Positions 13,301 to 23,765 of a stretch of DNA of 64,000 nucleotides are shown here, in pieces (positions within the stretch are counted from its first letter, which is position 1; every line of letters starts with the position of its first letter). Below the pieces are notes generated by a model. The model was not told the DNA's origin. It saw nothing but the letters and a program-made list of their open reading frames with translations, and did not search any database. Location of the stretch: the IMG/VR virus record IMGVR_UViG_3300028833_000003. One strand, given 5' to 3'. A program made the translations under genes and the position numbers. Origin of the DNA: a virus.

Positions 13301-15041
13301 GTGCAAATTTTTGAGCACCATACTAAGAAATTGCTTGCATCCTTCCGCCATAATTATTTGAATTATTTTGCATATAAGCATTAAATTTTCTATAAGTAGG
13401 AATACCACCAATTGGATGCCCTTCTGAGCCTTTTGCTGCTTTCATGTTGCCCCATGCAGTCCGCAACGTACCACCTTTGCCAAAGAAATTTCCAAATGCC
13501 ATGCTAATACCTGTTAATTTATCTAACATCTATGGTTTAAATGCAGTCATCATCATCTAAGAAATTTTTGCTAATATACCAGGGATACCTCCAAGACCAT
13601 TAACTAAACCTCTAACTGCAGATAACGCTGTTGCCAATGCATTATTAAATCCAACAAGGAATTTATCATTAATTAAATCACCGAAAATAGCTTCTTTACT
13701 TGCTTGTACTCTTTGTTTAGATGCTTTAACAGAATCTTCATAAATTTTCTGCATTTTTTCTAAGCTGCCAGCTGAATTTTGAGCATTTTGCAAATCTTTT
13801 TGATACGTATCCCAGTTTTCAAATAATGCCATTAATTGCGTATATTGACGTTTACCAGCAACAACCTGCGCGATAGCAGTTTTTTGCGCACTGCCCATGG
13901 TCTACCATTTATTACCAAGATCAGTAATAACATCGCCCATATCACGCATATTACCAGTAGCATCTAAAACCTATACACCAATAGAATTTAATGAGCTTGA
14001 AACTTTACCTAAATTAACACCGTCTTCTAATGTTTCACCTAATTTTAAGTCACCCATACGTGCTAAAATAGTTTTAAAAGATGTACCAATTGATTCAGCA
14101 CTTTCACGAGTAACAGAAGATACAGTTGCAACAATAGAAGACATTTGTTCCATACCGACACCAACAGTACTAGCAGTCGCGGCAACTTTCTATAAAGCTG
14201 TTGCAATTTCTTCCATGCTAGTAGCAGTAGTAGAACCTAATTTTGCCATTACATCTACATAACCTTCAAGCTAATCACCGCCTGCTTTATAAGAATTCCA
14301 AACGGCGGTTAGCATTTCTGACATTTCCGCAGCATTAGCTTTGAATGCAGTATTTGCAGCCTTTAAAGTAATTTGTGCTTTCTTTTGTACATCTCTATCA
14401 TTATCACCCTATTGATAATAAATTAATGCTGCATCAGCATATGCTTTTGTTGATGTACTTAAACTTTTTGCCATTACATTTGCTTCTTTTGCAAAATTGC
14501 TCATATCAGAAATAGATTTGCCAGTAACAACACGAATATTATTTAATGAAGTATTTAAATTTTCAATATAGCTAACTGCTCCACTCATAGCAGACTATAA
14601 GCCATGAACCATTTGACTAGCTGCTTGCCATTTCACAGTATTCATTAAAGTTGTGCCAAACTATGCAATAAGACCAGTCGCTTTTTGCGCGGGAATAGTT
14701 GCCTAAGTTAGAACAGAAGACAACTATGAAATTGCCTATTGTCCAGTTGTACCGGCGCGCTAGAAACTGGCAATTAACGTTTGAACATTTGTATTAGCAC
14801 TCGCCAAGCTATTACTTAATGCACTAAAATTAATTTGCCCAGTATTAACATTAACTGCCTATTGTAATGCCTACTATAATTTTGCTGCTTGCTACGCGGC
14901 ATCTGCCATATTTGTATCAATTTTTAAATTTAATCTACTGTTTTGCTGCAATCTTTGTAATGAAGAACTTAATTGTTCAACCTACCGCTATGCAGCACTG
15001 GCATCAGCCTAAATATTAATTTTATACTATACACCAGCCAC
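1383..15041 (-). CDS. giant tail tape measure protein, 4,552 aa, read with TAG as sense codon
   Basis: 19 ORF-track fragments (1494..2174 through 13971..14153) share one frame. I walked every gap codon by codon and found only TAG, never TAA/TGA. GTG 15041 lies 8 nt after AAAGGAG; an in-frame TAA sits upstream at 15063; the first non-TAG stop is TAA 1383. N-terminal part (SIGTSFKTILARMGDLKLGE, AQVVAGKRQYTQLMALFENW) looks like a TP901-type tape measure core. Sits after the major tail protein and chaperone. Confidence 0.85.
8800..9400 (-). repeat. tandem 72-nt (24-aa) beta-type repeat array inside the tape measure gene, at least 8 units
   Basis: Units K-T-I-T-F-x-G-E-F-G-T-Y-T recur with exact 72-nt phase (x codons at 9131, 9059, 8987, 8915, 8843; diverged units further upstream at 9203, 9275, 9347). 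Confidence 0.8.
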
Positions 15042-15070
15042 GTTGCAAACTCCTTTCTCTCTTTATATAA

Positions 15071-15104
15071 TAAAAAAATCGTCTAATATTATGTATTAGA
15101 CGAT
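15071..15104 (-). terminator. intrinsic terminator/attenuator between chaperone gene and tape measure start
   Basis: Perfect 11-bp stem ATCGTCTAATA/TATTAGACGAT (15078-15104), 5-nt loop, followed on the minus strand by U7 (A-run 15072-15078 on plus); lies between TAA 15116 and RBS/GTG 15041. Confidence 0.6.
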
Positions 15105-15115
15105 TTCATTTTTTC

Positions 15116-15640
15116 TTAACCTATTTTATCTAAAATTTCTTTAACCGTAGTTAATTTTTCTGGGTCTTCAATTTTTTCAATTGTTTTATCAATATCATCT
15201 TTTGCAATCGCATAATCTGCATTAATCATATTAATCATACCAGCTAATGAATTATTATAAGAAACAATATTATTCGCACATTTCTAAGCAGCGTCCCATA
15301 ATAATTCATGTTCTCTTGTGGGAATTGCTTTAATTACACTATCATAAACATGATTAAGTTCTAATGCATCAAATACTTTACTAATATTTTCTAATTGCTT
15401 ATCAGTAATATTAATATTAGTATAATAACGAATTAATAAAACTTTAAACCAAATTTCTAATCGCATTGGGTTATAAGCACCAGTAGAATCAATAGTATAT
15501 GATAATAATTCACTAATCAACTGTGCTTTATCATCTACTGATAAATACTAAATTACATTAATTTCTGTATCTCCTATTTTTATAATCACAGGTTCAACTG
15601 ATTTAATGGGTGTTACTTTTGAAAAAGCAACTTTCGCCAT
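15116..15640 (-). CDS. tail assembly chaperone-like protein (174 aa), contains TAG sense codons
   Basis: ATG 15640 behind AAGGAG; in-frame TAG at 15548 and 15284; ends TAA 15116; assignment by position immediately upstream of tape measure. Confidence 0.65.
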
Positions 15641-15702
15641 AATAACATCTCCTTTATCTCAATACTTATTTATAATATACCATATTTTTTTTATTTTGTC
15701 AA

Positions 15703-16944
15703 TTATGAATCTGCGATAGACGCTAAAGTAGATTTTGAAATTTCAGTTATCCAATCTCCTTTTTGTTTATGTATCATTTCATTAACTTGAGTATAGATTT
15801 TGCTAATAATTTCTGCTGTACTAATAACATAAATGTTTGCACTACCAGGATCATTATATACTAAATAATTAGCACCTAAATCACCAATACCATCTTTCTT
15901 TAATTCATTTCTAATAATTTCGTCTACATAAGTTTGACCTCGACCTGTTAATTCATAAATAACACGTAACTACTATAAAGCTAATCGTACATCTTCACGA
16001 TGAGTATTACGAGCATAATAAAAAATACTAATTGAAACACCATAAGGAAATCGAGTATTAAGCAGATCTAAATAAACACGTTTACTTTTTGTCTAACCAA
16101 AATGAACTGAACGTACTCTTGACTAAATGGCATTTGTAATACCTGTCGCGGCGTCTTTAATATATGATAAACTATTATAGTTTTTTGCAGTAAAATAAGC
16201 TTTATGCAATAATTTAGCAATATGCATTAATTTAGATCCGGCGGTTGCAGTAATTGTTAATTCAACTGCATGTCCATTCACATCGACTTTACCATTAACA
16301 GTAGTTGTTACAAAATCATCGGCAGATGTTCGTTCATCAAACAGGCGTTTAATTTTATCTGCTTCCTCTTGTACTGCAGCATTAGCAAGATCACTTATTG
16401 CTCCATCAATCATACTACGCAATGGAGTATGCGCACCTTTCGTACTTACTGAATGCCCCATAACATTTACTTTTGCGGCACCAAAAATAACATCATTTAA
16501 ATTGGCATTTTTTGCTCCTCCAAACTACTAAGTCGCCATACTGATAGCCGCCAATTCGCCTTCTAAAACATCACCTTGCGTCCAACCTTTAGACTTCAAA
16601 CCAGTGCGAGTAAAAAAACCTCTGCCACTAGCGCCAATAACAGAACCCGCTTCTTGTAAAATCTAACTTAAAGCTTGTTGCTAAATACCACTTTTTAATG
16701 ATATATTCTCAAAACCCTTATTACCTTTATTAGATAAATTTTTTAAATCACGAAAAAAATCTTGCAATTCTCTTGCTTCAGCAGCACTACCTGCTCCTTC
16801 AACTGCTCCGTGACTATTACCAAGACCATTCATAATATTATTATACTCGCTCATTAATTCATCACGCATCGCAGTTAATGCTTGATAAGGATCTAATCCT
16901 TCATATGCTTTATATCGTTCACCTAAGTGTAATAATCTTGGCAT
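15703..16944 (-). CDS. hypothetical tail-associated structural protein (413 aa), contains TAG sense codons
   Basis: ATG 16944; ORF-track fragments 16681..16944 and 16123..16461 are in one frame; gaps contain only TAG; ends TAA 15703. Confidence 0.7.
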
Positions 16945-16962
16945 TTATGTCACCCGCTTAAT

Positions 16963-16997
16963 AAAAAAAATGGGGACGAGCTTTTTTGCTCGTCCCC
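16963..16997 (-). terminator. intrinsic terminator after major tail protein gene
   Basis: Stem GGGGACGAGC/GCTCGTCCCC (16972-16997), T6 loop, followed on minus strand by U8 (A8 16963-16970 on plus). Confidence 0.7.
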
Positions 16998-17016
16998 ATT
17001 TGTATTATATCAATAA

Positions 17017-18099
17017 TTATTCACCAAAACGCTTTGGAGGTTCCTTACCAGAATCTTCATAAATGTCGCCTGGGAATTTAGTATCACCCTCAACTGCGCC
17101 ACGAGTTGAACCATCATAAAGTGCAGTATCTTCAACAATCTGAAGAGCAGCAATTACTTTCTTGGTCTTATCAAACTTAGTATAGTCTGGGAAAGCATCC
17201 ATTGTGAAAGTAAAGGTAGAAGGATCACCAGTAGGTGCCATTGTGAAGGTAAAGTTAGACTGAACCTTGCAGTTAGGAATGATAAATTCAGCAGGATAGT
17301 CTTCACCAGTTGCTTCATCACGGAACAAAGTAGAAGCTTCAAGATAATAAGAACCACCGAACTTACCAGCTTCAATATCAATCTGCTTTACATACTGAGT
17401 GCTCTTTACATAATAGTCAATATAAAGAACAGAACCTGGATCATCGCCCATGCCATTAACGTAGTCATATACTTCCTGTGGATTCTTAGCATCCTTATAA
17501 GCATCTACGTTTGCTTGGAACTCAGTGCCAATAGGAGCATGAGCATCCATGATCTTACCAGCGACCAATAATTCATTATGAGCAGCATTATAAGCAGCAG
17601 CCCAATGAGCAAAGATTTCTTCAACGTTCATTTCCTTAGCAATATCATCACGTTGAATTTCCATAGGAATACGATTGGTATTAATAGAACCATCAGCATT
17701 CTTCAACATAATATACATGCTACCACCCTTGGCTGGCTCATGAGCAAGAGTAATCTTACCTGCTTTAATCTGAACCTGCTCAGTAGTATGTACATAAATA
17801 GGATGATCTTCATCAGCATCCATGAAACCAGCACCAGAAAGAATTGAGAAGCTTTCTGGACTAATCAAAGCATCTTCCATTGTAAATGTTACAGTACGGT
17901 CGCCTTCCCAAGCTACCAAGCGAGGATTACCTTTACCGCCCTGAGCATAAACAGTTGTGCTCTGGCCTTCCAAAGAAGAAGTCTTCAATGTTTCAAAATA
18001 TAACACAGGCATATCCTTGTCAAGATACAACTTACCGAAGAAACCTGCTGCCTTACGACGAAGTACAACATCGCAAATTTCGCGTACGCCAAATCTCAT
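17017..18099 (-). CDS. major tail (tube) protein, 360 aa, TAG-free
   Basis: ATG 18099 8 nt after AGGAGG (the ORF-track start 18138 is upstream of the RBS); GC-richer codon usage; flanked by a strong terminator; upstream of chaperone and tape measure; product by position and beta-rich sequence. Confidence 0.7.
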   Translation of the reverse strand: MRFGVREICDVVLRRKAAGFFGKLYLDKDMPVLYFETLKTSSLEGQSTTVYAQGGKGNPRLVAWEGDRTVTFTMEDALISPESFSILSGAGFMDADEDHPIYVHTTEQVQIKAGKITLAHEPAKGGSMYIMLKNADGSINTNRIPMEIQRDDIAKEMNVEEIFAHWAAAYNAAHNELLVAGKIMDAHAPIGTEFQANVDAYKDAKNPQEVYDYVNGMGDDPGSVLYIDYYVKSTQYVKQIDIEAGKFGGSYYLEASTLFRDEATGEDYPAEFIIPNCKVQSNFTFTMAPTGDPSTFTFTMDAFPDYTKFDKTKKVIAALQIVEDTALYDGSTRGAVEGDTKFPGDIYEDSGKEPPKRFGE

Positions 18100-18116
18100 A
18101 TGCGTTTCCTCCTTAA

Positions 18117-18875
18117 TTAATGTAAACTTTTCATCCAATCGTCTGGTTTACTGTCGGGTTTTCCGCCAGCCAAACGTGATCTTATATCTAAATCCCACCC
18201 GACATATAAGCCGTATCTCTCAATCAAATCATAGAGCTGATAGACCGTAAGATTAAGGCAATCATCCAGACTCATGGATTCCAGAGCAATGGTGAGAATA
18301 GAAACATATCTAGATAAAACACCATCATTACCACCCGAGCCTCTACGCCGAGCAGCTTCACTACGACCCTTCATTAATTTCGCCGCAATTGCAGCAGCTT
18401 TATTACCTTTTGGATTATAATTTGAGTTCTAACCACCAGTCGCATTATTTAATCCACACACTTCTGTTAGAATTGCTTGCACAGTATCAAAATTATTTTC
18501 ATCAAGAGTAAAAGAATGTTTTGTCGTAGCGTTATTAAAAAAAACTCCCATAGGTAAAAACTATGCAGTATATCCTGGGAAAAACAACATAAACAGTTGT
18601 TCGATGGTATTTTTCCGCTTCCCCGAATCCTAAATATTCGGGTTAGCTACTAATGTCATAAATATCTAAAAATTATTAAGGGCGGCTAAACTAGAAGCGC
18701 CCTATCCTGTCTAAGATGCTAAAAGCACTTTTCGATTAAAACACACTAACTATAAGGCTAAAAAATATTCTTCTTCACCAATTAATGCAATTTCCGCGAT
18801 TTTAGGCTAGTGGATTGTAGTCTATAACTCAACTACTGGGATATTAGTCCCAGCCATTAAAGCTAATGAATTCAT
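18117..18875 (-). CDS. hypothetical neck/tail-completion protein (252 aa), contains TAG sense codons
   Basis: ATG 18875 overlaps the TGA of the preceding gene (ATGA coupling); alternative ATG 18857; frame has only TAG interruptions; ends TAA 18117. Confidence 0.65.
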
Positions 18876-19405
18876 AATAATGGGTTCCGCTAATCTTCTT
18901 CTCCGTGAATAGCTTCATAAGTTAAACATAAACCCATCAACTAATCATTAAGTAAAAGATTGCGCCCAGTTAAGAATTGAGTTTCCCCAATTCCAGTTAA
19001 TTTTTTCTTATTGAAAAGACTATCAATTTCACCAGCAATCTTATAAGGACGTAACTAAAAATTGCCTAAATTCCAATGATCAGGATGACAAAGAATGTCA
19101 AATTCAATAATACAATCTCGATACACTGGATTCTTTTTATTTGGCTAAAAATTATCCATTGAAATTAATACGTAATTAGGACACTCAGTAGAAACTTCTA
19201 GCTAAGGAACTATACGTATCTACTTATGAATCATAGAATATTTTTGTTCTTGTGTTAAATCATTTGCTTTTAAACAATCTTTTTCAGTATAATAAAGTAA
19301 TTTCATTAAACGTTGATCTTCCATCATTTTTTGAATAATCAACGCCAAATCTTTATCGACCGCCAAGAAACTTGATTTAGGAAAATAATCTTGCCCAACA
19401 ATCAT
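18872..19405 (-). CDS. hypothetical head-tail joining/neck protein (177 aa), contains TAG sense codons
   Basis: ATG 19405 behind AAGGAGGAG; fragment 19220..19405 continues in frame through TAGs to TGA 18872. Confidence 0.7.
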
Positions 19406-19422
19406 ATTAACTCCTCCTTTAA

Positions 19423-20388
19423 TTAAAACAATGATTCAACAACAATAGTTTTATGTAAATCTTCAATTAGCATATCATTATGAAATACAATTTCAAATTC
19501 ACCACTAACCATTGGCAACCATTTTACAATTAAACCATTATCTTGTTCATCTACTCGCCATTCAACTACATCATCAATATCTTTATTCTAAGATGTTGAT
19601 ACTACTGACCAGTCACCGCGAATACGACGATTTACATTATATTTAACTTCCTATCTTGGCTTAATAAATACTTCACCATCAATAGAAACATCAAATATAT
19701 TCTGCTTAGGAGGATTAGGATCGGTAGGCTCAATTATATATTCATCTCCATGACATTCATAATCTTCTTCTGCGACTATTTCTAAAATACCGGGTGTACT
19801 AATACTGTCAGGAGCCTGAACTTTCCAATATCTACCTTCAAATTCAAAGCGTTGATAACGTTCTAGCGCACGTATTGTTTCCTCAGTGCGTTTTACATAT
19901 ATGTCAAGAGTTAAATTAGGTACATCAGCAGCAATACCGTGCTTTTGAATTGTATTAATTTTAGTTTCAACAGGCCCGCGCACAGCCATCCATAAACCAA
20001 ATTTTTCTTTAGTTTCTGGATCAGTAACTTCAACCCACTAGGCTCTGCGGCAATTTCCTCTAAAATATGCCAATTCAGTTAATTCTTGTTTGAGTATTAG
20101 CCAATGAATACCAGACTCTTTTGGCCATTCAAAACTATCTCCTGGCTTAAAATCATATCGCCAATCAACAGAGATAATCTTTTCATCATAGTCAAATTTT
20201 ACTTTATCAGGATTAATTAATGCTAATACCCATTCACTGTCTTCTTCATCTTTTTTAATCCAAGCATGTTGATAAGAATAAAGAAGCGCACGATGGAATG
20301 AACGTCTTTTATCTCGAACCATGCGGTCATGTTGGCGGTCATTAACCGCGGCACGTGCGCGAGCGCGCAAATTATCTAGTGCGTCCAT
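19423..20388 (-). CDS. hypothetical structural protein (321 aa), contains TAG sense codons
   Basis: Fragments 20038..20388 and 19651..19989 are in the same frame, joined by TAG; ends TAA 19423. Confidence 0.7.
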
Positions 20389-20644
20389 CTAACTAATTCG
20401 CTAAATCAGTTAATAGTGAAATTGCACTAAAAACTGTTTTGCGATATATCATAAAATCGGCTTCGTCAAGCAGACCATACAATTCAGTAACAAATACTAA
20501 AAAGTCTAATTCACCGCCAAATATTTTGTCTAACCCACGAAGTTCAAGTAATACAGTTTTAATCTATCCTTGCCAATCCTCTTGATTTTCACGCATCGGC
20601 AATAATTTCCAAATCTGATTGACCAGACGACGCAAATCGGTCAC
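20372..20644 (-). CDS. small hypothetical protein (90 aa), one TAG
   Basis: GTG 20644 after AGGTG; fills the gap between flanking genes; overlaps the next start by 17 nt; weak support. Confidence 0.4.
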
Positions 20645-20669
20645 TACAACACCTGGTTCAAATTTGAAC

Positions 20670-21251
20670 TCAGTTGTTTCTGATTGCTTCCCACTTGCCA
20701 TAATCAATACCATTATCGCTATCTGCGTCGCCAGATCCTTCATGAATAATCTTAACAGTACCAGCTAATGCAGCTTCTTCTTGCTTTGGAATAGCACTAT
20801 CATTAAGCATATGCCAATTAGACATAACATGTCCAGTTTCTGGTACAATTTTACGCCGCTTATATAAACGTTGTGCGTGAATATTCTCGCGCCACACCTC
20901 AGTCTTTAAATTTAAAAGCTTCGCAAGATGATTAGCTTGCGAAGTAAATTTAAAATCTGAACCGCTATATTTCATGCGTGTATTTTCAATAGAAGAAATC
21001 TGTCGGTCCAACCATACGACTTTCATTAAAATAGCGAAAATATTAATTTCTTCTCTGGTTAAATCAACATTGTATTGCTCTTGATCTGCGTCATAATCAT
21101 ATAGAGCAAATCTTGGAAATTCAAAGTAGGATATGGCATCTAATAGAATCTATTTACAATCACGAATAGTATCTTCCTCAGTCAATTCCAAATACTAATC
21201 ATCTGTAATTTTACCAAGGAAGGCATTATAAATAGTTTCAAATGATGTCAT
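20670..21251 (-). CDS. head-tail connector/adaptor-like protein (193 aa), contains TAG sense codons
   Basis: ATG 21251 behind GGGGGAG; fragment 20670..21026 extends upstream through two TAGs; N-terminus MTSFETIYNAFLGKITDD resembles gp6-type adaptor N-termini (recall only); ends TGA 20670. Confidence 0.6.
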
Positions 21252-21252
21252 A

Positions 21253-21852
21253 TTACTCCCCCTTTGCCTCTTCTTTCTGCACTACTTTATACTGAGGAGT
21301 AGTGCGGCGACCACTAGTTTTAGTTTCGGCCTATACTCTACGGGTAGGTGCAGCCTTTACTTCCATACCACTATCAGTAGTATTTGCTTCTTCAGCCTGC
21401 GCAGCTTCAACTTCTGCCTTATGCTGCAAAGCAAGCGTTATATCAAAACCAGTCTTTGCTTTAAGAGCTTCGCGCTTACGCGCATCATTGCAAGGCAATT
21501 CATAAGAATATTTCTTGATTAAATCTATTACACCATCAGGCGCAAAATCAAGGCAATCAAGGAATGCTTCAACGCTACCATTTTGAATTAAATCAATAAC
21601 GCCTTTTTCATCCAAATAATATTCAGGTTCAATCCGAATAGGCATTTCCTTCACTACTTCTGTATCTTCAATAAATAGACTATCACGAAGCATTACAGTA
21701 CCACCTGGAACAAAACTTAAAGCATCCAACTCTTCACGAGTAAGATTTTTTACTTCGCCAGGCTACCATTCGCGGCGAATGCCCATATCTGGAATCGTAT
21801 AAATAAGCATTCTACTACTGCGATTACGCACTTTAATTTTATTGTCTGCCAT
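21253..21852 (-). CDS. hypothetical head-associated protein (199 aa), contains TAG sense codons
   Basis: ATG 21852 behind AAGGAG; in-frame TAG at 21763 and 21331; ends TAA 21253 inside the RBS of the next gene. Confidence 0.65.
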
Positions 21853-21884
21853 ATTTTTTTACTCCTTTTTCTCTTAAATTAGGA

Positions 21885-21902
21885 CCGCCGCACTGGCGGC
21901 GG
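21885..21902 (-). terminator. GC hairpin after capsid gene (possible partial terminator or RNA stabiliser)
   Basis: 7-bp all-GC stem CCGCCGC/GCGGCGG with 4-nt loop, 17 nt after the capsid gene stop; no clear U-run. Confidence 0.35.
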
Positions 21903-21918
21903 CCCTTATATATGATTA

Positions 21919-22974
21919 TTAATCGCCCGTTTCATTTGCAGAACGTGTAACATTCAATTGACCTTTAAGAGCATCGTCGATATATACGCAGATGTCTGGA
22001 GTCATAACAACACCAACGCCTACTTTCTTATAGACCTGAATTTCACGGCTGCGATCCTTATTGACATATTCATCAACAATAGTGCTACCTTCCATAACAA
22101 CCTTGGCAGGCTTTACAGCACCTGGAAGAATATAGCAATAACCTGGGTCAATAACCTTTGTCTGATGAGTTGCATCAGTGAAGCCCTGTGGAAGAATAGT
22201 AATAGGATGATTCTTATAAGAAGCAAAACGACCATTATTCCAAATAGTATCCTTCATATTGTCAGAATACATAGCAGCATTAGCAGGACGAATCTTAGAA
22301 GCAAATTCTTCAGTGCAATAAATGGTAGGAGTACCATAAGCTGCAGCGATAGAAATTAAACGATCAAATGCTGCTTCATCCCAACCAGTAACTTCAGCAG
22401 TATTAAGAGCTGGAAGCTGATTCAAACCAGTCTTCAAAGCCTGACCGATTTCCCAATAAATGAGTTCGTCAAGACCTTCCATAACAATACGAGTTACCTC
22501 AGCAAAATCAGCACGACCATCAAGGAACTCTTCCAAACCAATCTGAGCGGCACCGCCGATAGCACTGGTCTGTACTTCGATAGGCGTATCTTTACCAAGC
22601 TTAAATACTTCGTAAATACCAGCCAAACCGACCTTGGTGATGAACTGCTTTGCACGCTGACGATCATGCCAACGCATAAAGATAGCCTTGTCACCCTGAG
22701 CCATGGTCTTTACTTCGGCAAACTTGCCATATTCCTGCTCAACTTTACGAGGAAGAACATCATCCATGGTCTGTTCGATTAATTCAAAGATAGTATTCTT
22801 ATTTTCACGATAAAGAGCAAAAGTGCCTGCATACTCATTGAGTTCTTTACGAAGGGTCTCATTGAGTGCATCATAGGTGAGATTCTCACCATTAAATGAA
22901 TATGCAACAGGAGCAGAGCGATCGGCCTTAGCTGTTGCCTTCATCAATTGAAGAAGTTCTTTCTTATCCAACAT
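21919..22974 (-). CDS. major capsid protein (351 aa), TAG-free
   Basis: ATG 22974 9 nt after GGAG; GC-richer codon usage; size and position after portal/protease-scaffold; followed by hairpin; ends TAA. Confidence 0.6.
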   Translation of the reverse strand: MLDKKELLQLMKATAKADRSAPVAYSFNGENLTYDALNETLRKELNEYAGTFALYRENKNTIFELIEQTMDDVLPRKVEQEYGKFAEVKTMAQGDKAIFMRWHDRQRAKQFITKVGLAGIYEVFKLGKDTPIEVQTSAIGGAAQIGLEEFLDGRADFAEVTRIVMEGLDELIYWEIGQALKTGLNQLPALNTAEVTGWDEAAFDRLISIAAAYGTPTIYCTEEFASKIRPANAAMYSDNMKDTIWNNGRFASYKNHPITILPQGFTDATHQTKVIDPGYCYILPGAVKPAKVVMEGSTIVDEYVNKDRSREIQVYKKVGVGVVMTPDICVYIDDALKGQLNVTRSANETGD

Positions 22975-22994
22975 TGTCAATCTCTCCTTTCCTA

Positions 22995-23744
22995 TTACTG
23001 AAGTCTCATAATTTTAACAGCTGGTTGCATATCGCCAAGATTATAAACCTTAACTACCTGCCATACCATACCAGCAGGAAGAGCAGGAGCATTTTCACCA
23101 CTAGGAGCGGTAACCTTAACAAGATAACCATCTTCGCCTGGGGCCAAAAGATCACCACGAGCTAAAGAACCTGGATCTGCTTTAATGCAGTTAGTAGTAA
23201 AAATATCACCCTCATGAGTCTTAAAGAGACGAGGTACCATAATACCCTGGGTATCAGTAAAGAGCTGTGGCTGATTTAATACTTCAACTTCATACTTGTT
23301 ACCAATAGCAAAATGATTACGACCAAAATCTTCACCAGGATAGGTTTCGGTATGTCCATCTGGATAAATCTCACTATTAGCACCAATAGTCTTCATCAAA
23401 GGATTAAGATCAACATTATTAGCACCGGTTACACCAACTGGGCTATAAACAGAGCCGGTATAGTCACGACGGATCATTGCGAAGTCCTGATCGGTTTCGC
23501 CCTTGGCATAAACCTTTACTTCGTTATAAACTAACATCCACTCGCCCTTGCCGGTAAAATTGACTACATTATTAGCATAGTCATACTTTGCAAACTGACC
23601 ATTCTCAAGAATCTTAATATTCTTAGCTGCTGGCAACTGTGCATAAATCTCGCCAGTGCGCTGTGCAGACAAATGGTTAGGTTCAACCTGACCGAAGCCA
23701 TAAGTTACATAAGTGGCTACCGGTGAAAGTCTTTTAAAAGCCAT
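22995..23744 (-). CDS. capsid-associated protein (decoration or second head component), 249 aa, TAG-free
   Basis: ATG 23744 behind AAGGAGGAAG; between scaffold/protease and capsid genes; beta-rich sequence; ends TAA. Confidence 0.55.
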   Translation of the reverse strand: MAFKRLSPVATYVTYGFGQVEPNHLSAQRTGEIYAQLPAAKNIKILENGQFAKYDYANNVVNFTGKGEWMLVYNEVKVYAKGETDQDFAMIRRDYTGSVYSPVGVTGANNVDLNPLMKTIGANSEIYPDGHTETYPGEDFGRNHFAIGNKYEVEVLNQPQLFTDTQGIMVPRLFKTHEGDIFTTNCIKADPGSLARGDLLAPGEDGYLVKVTAPSGENAPALPAGMVWQVVKVYNLGDMQPAVKIMRLQ

Positions 23745-23765
23745 TGTAGCTTCCTCCTTTATTTA

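Noticed and set aside
3475-14262. Plus-strand ORFs antisense to the tape measure gene (3475..3834, 13897..14262, 9872..10171, 12255..12488) and alternative-frame minus ORFs (4202..4384, 8816..9055)
   Set aside because: They sit inside the continuous 4,552-codon frame, have no RBS, and have low-complexity Ser/Ile/Leu/Phe-rich products. They are by-products of AT-rich repeats.
17886-18250. Plus-strand ORFs overlapping the major tail protein start, and the ORF-track extension of that gene to 18138
   Set aside because: The AGGAGG RBS lies at 18109-18115 on the minus strand, so translation starts at ATG 18099. The extension would begin upstream of its own RBS and overlap the preceding gene.
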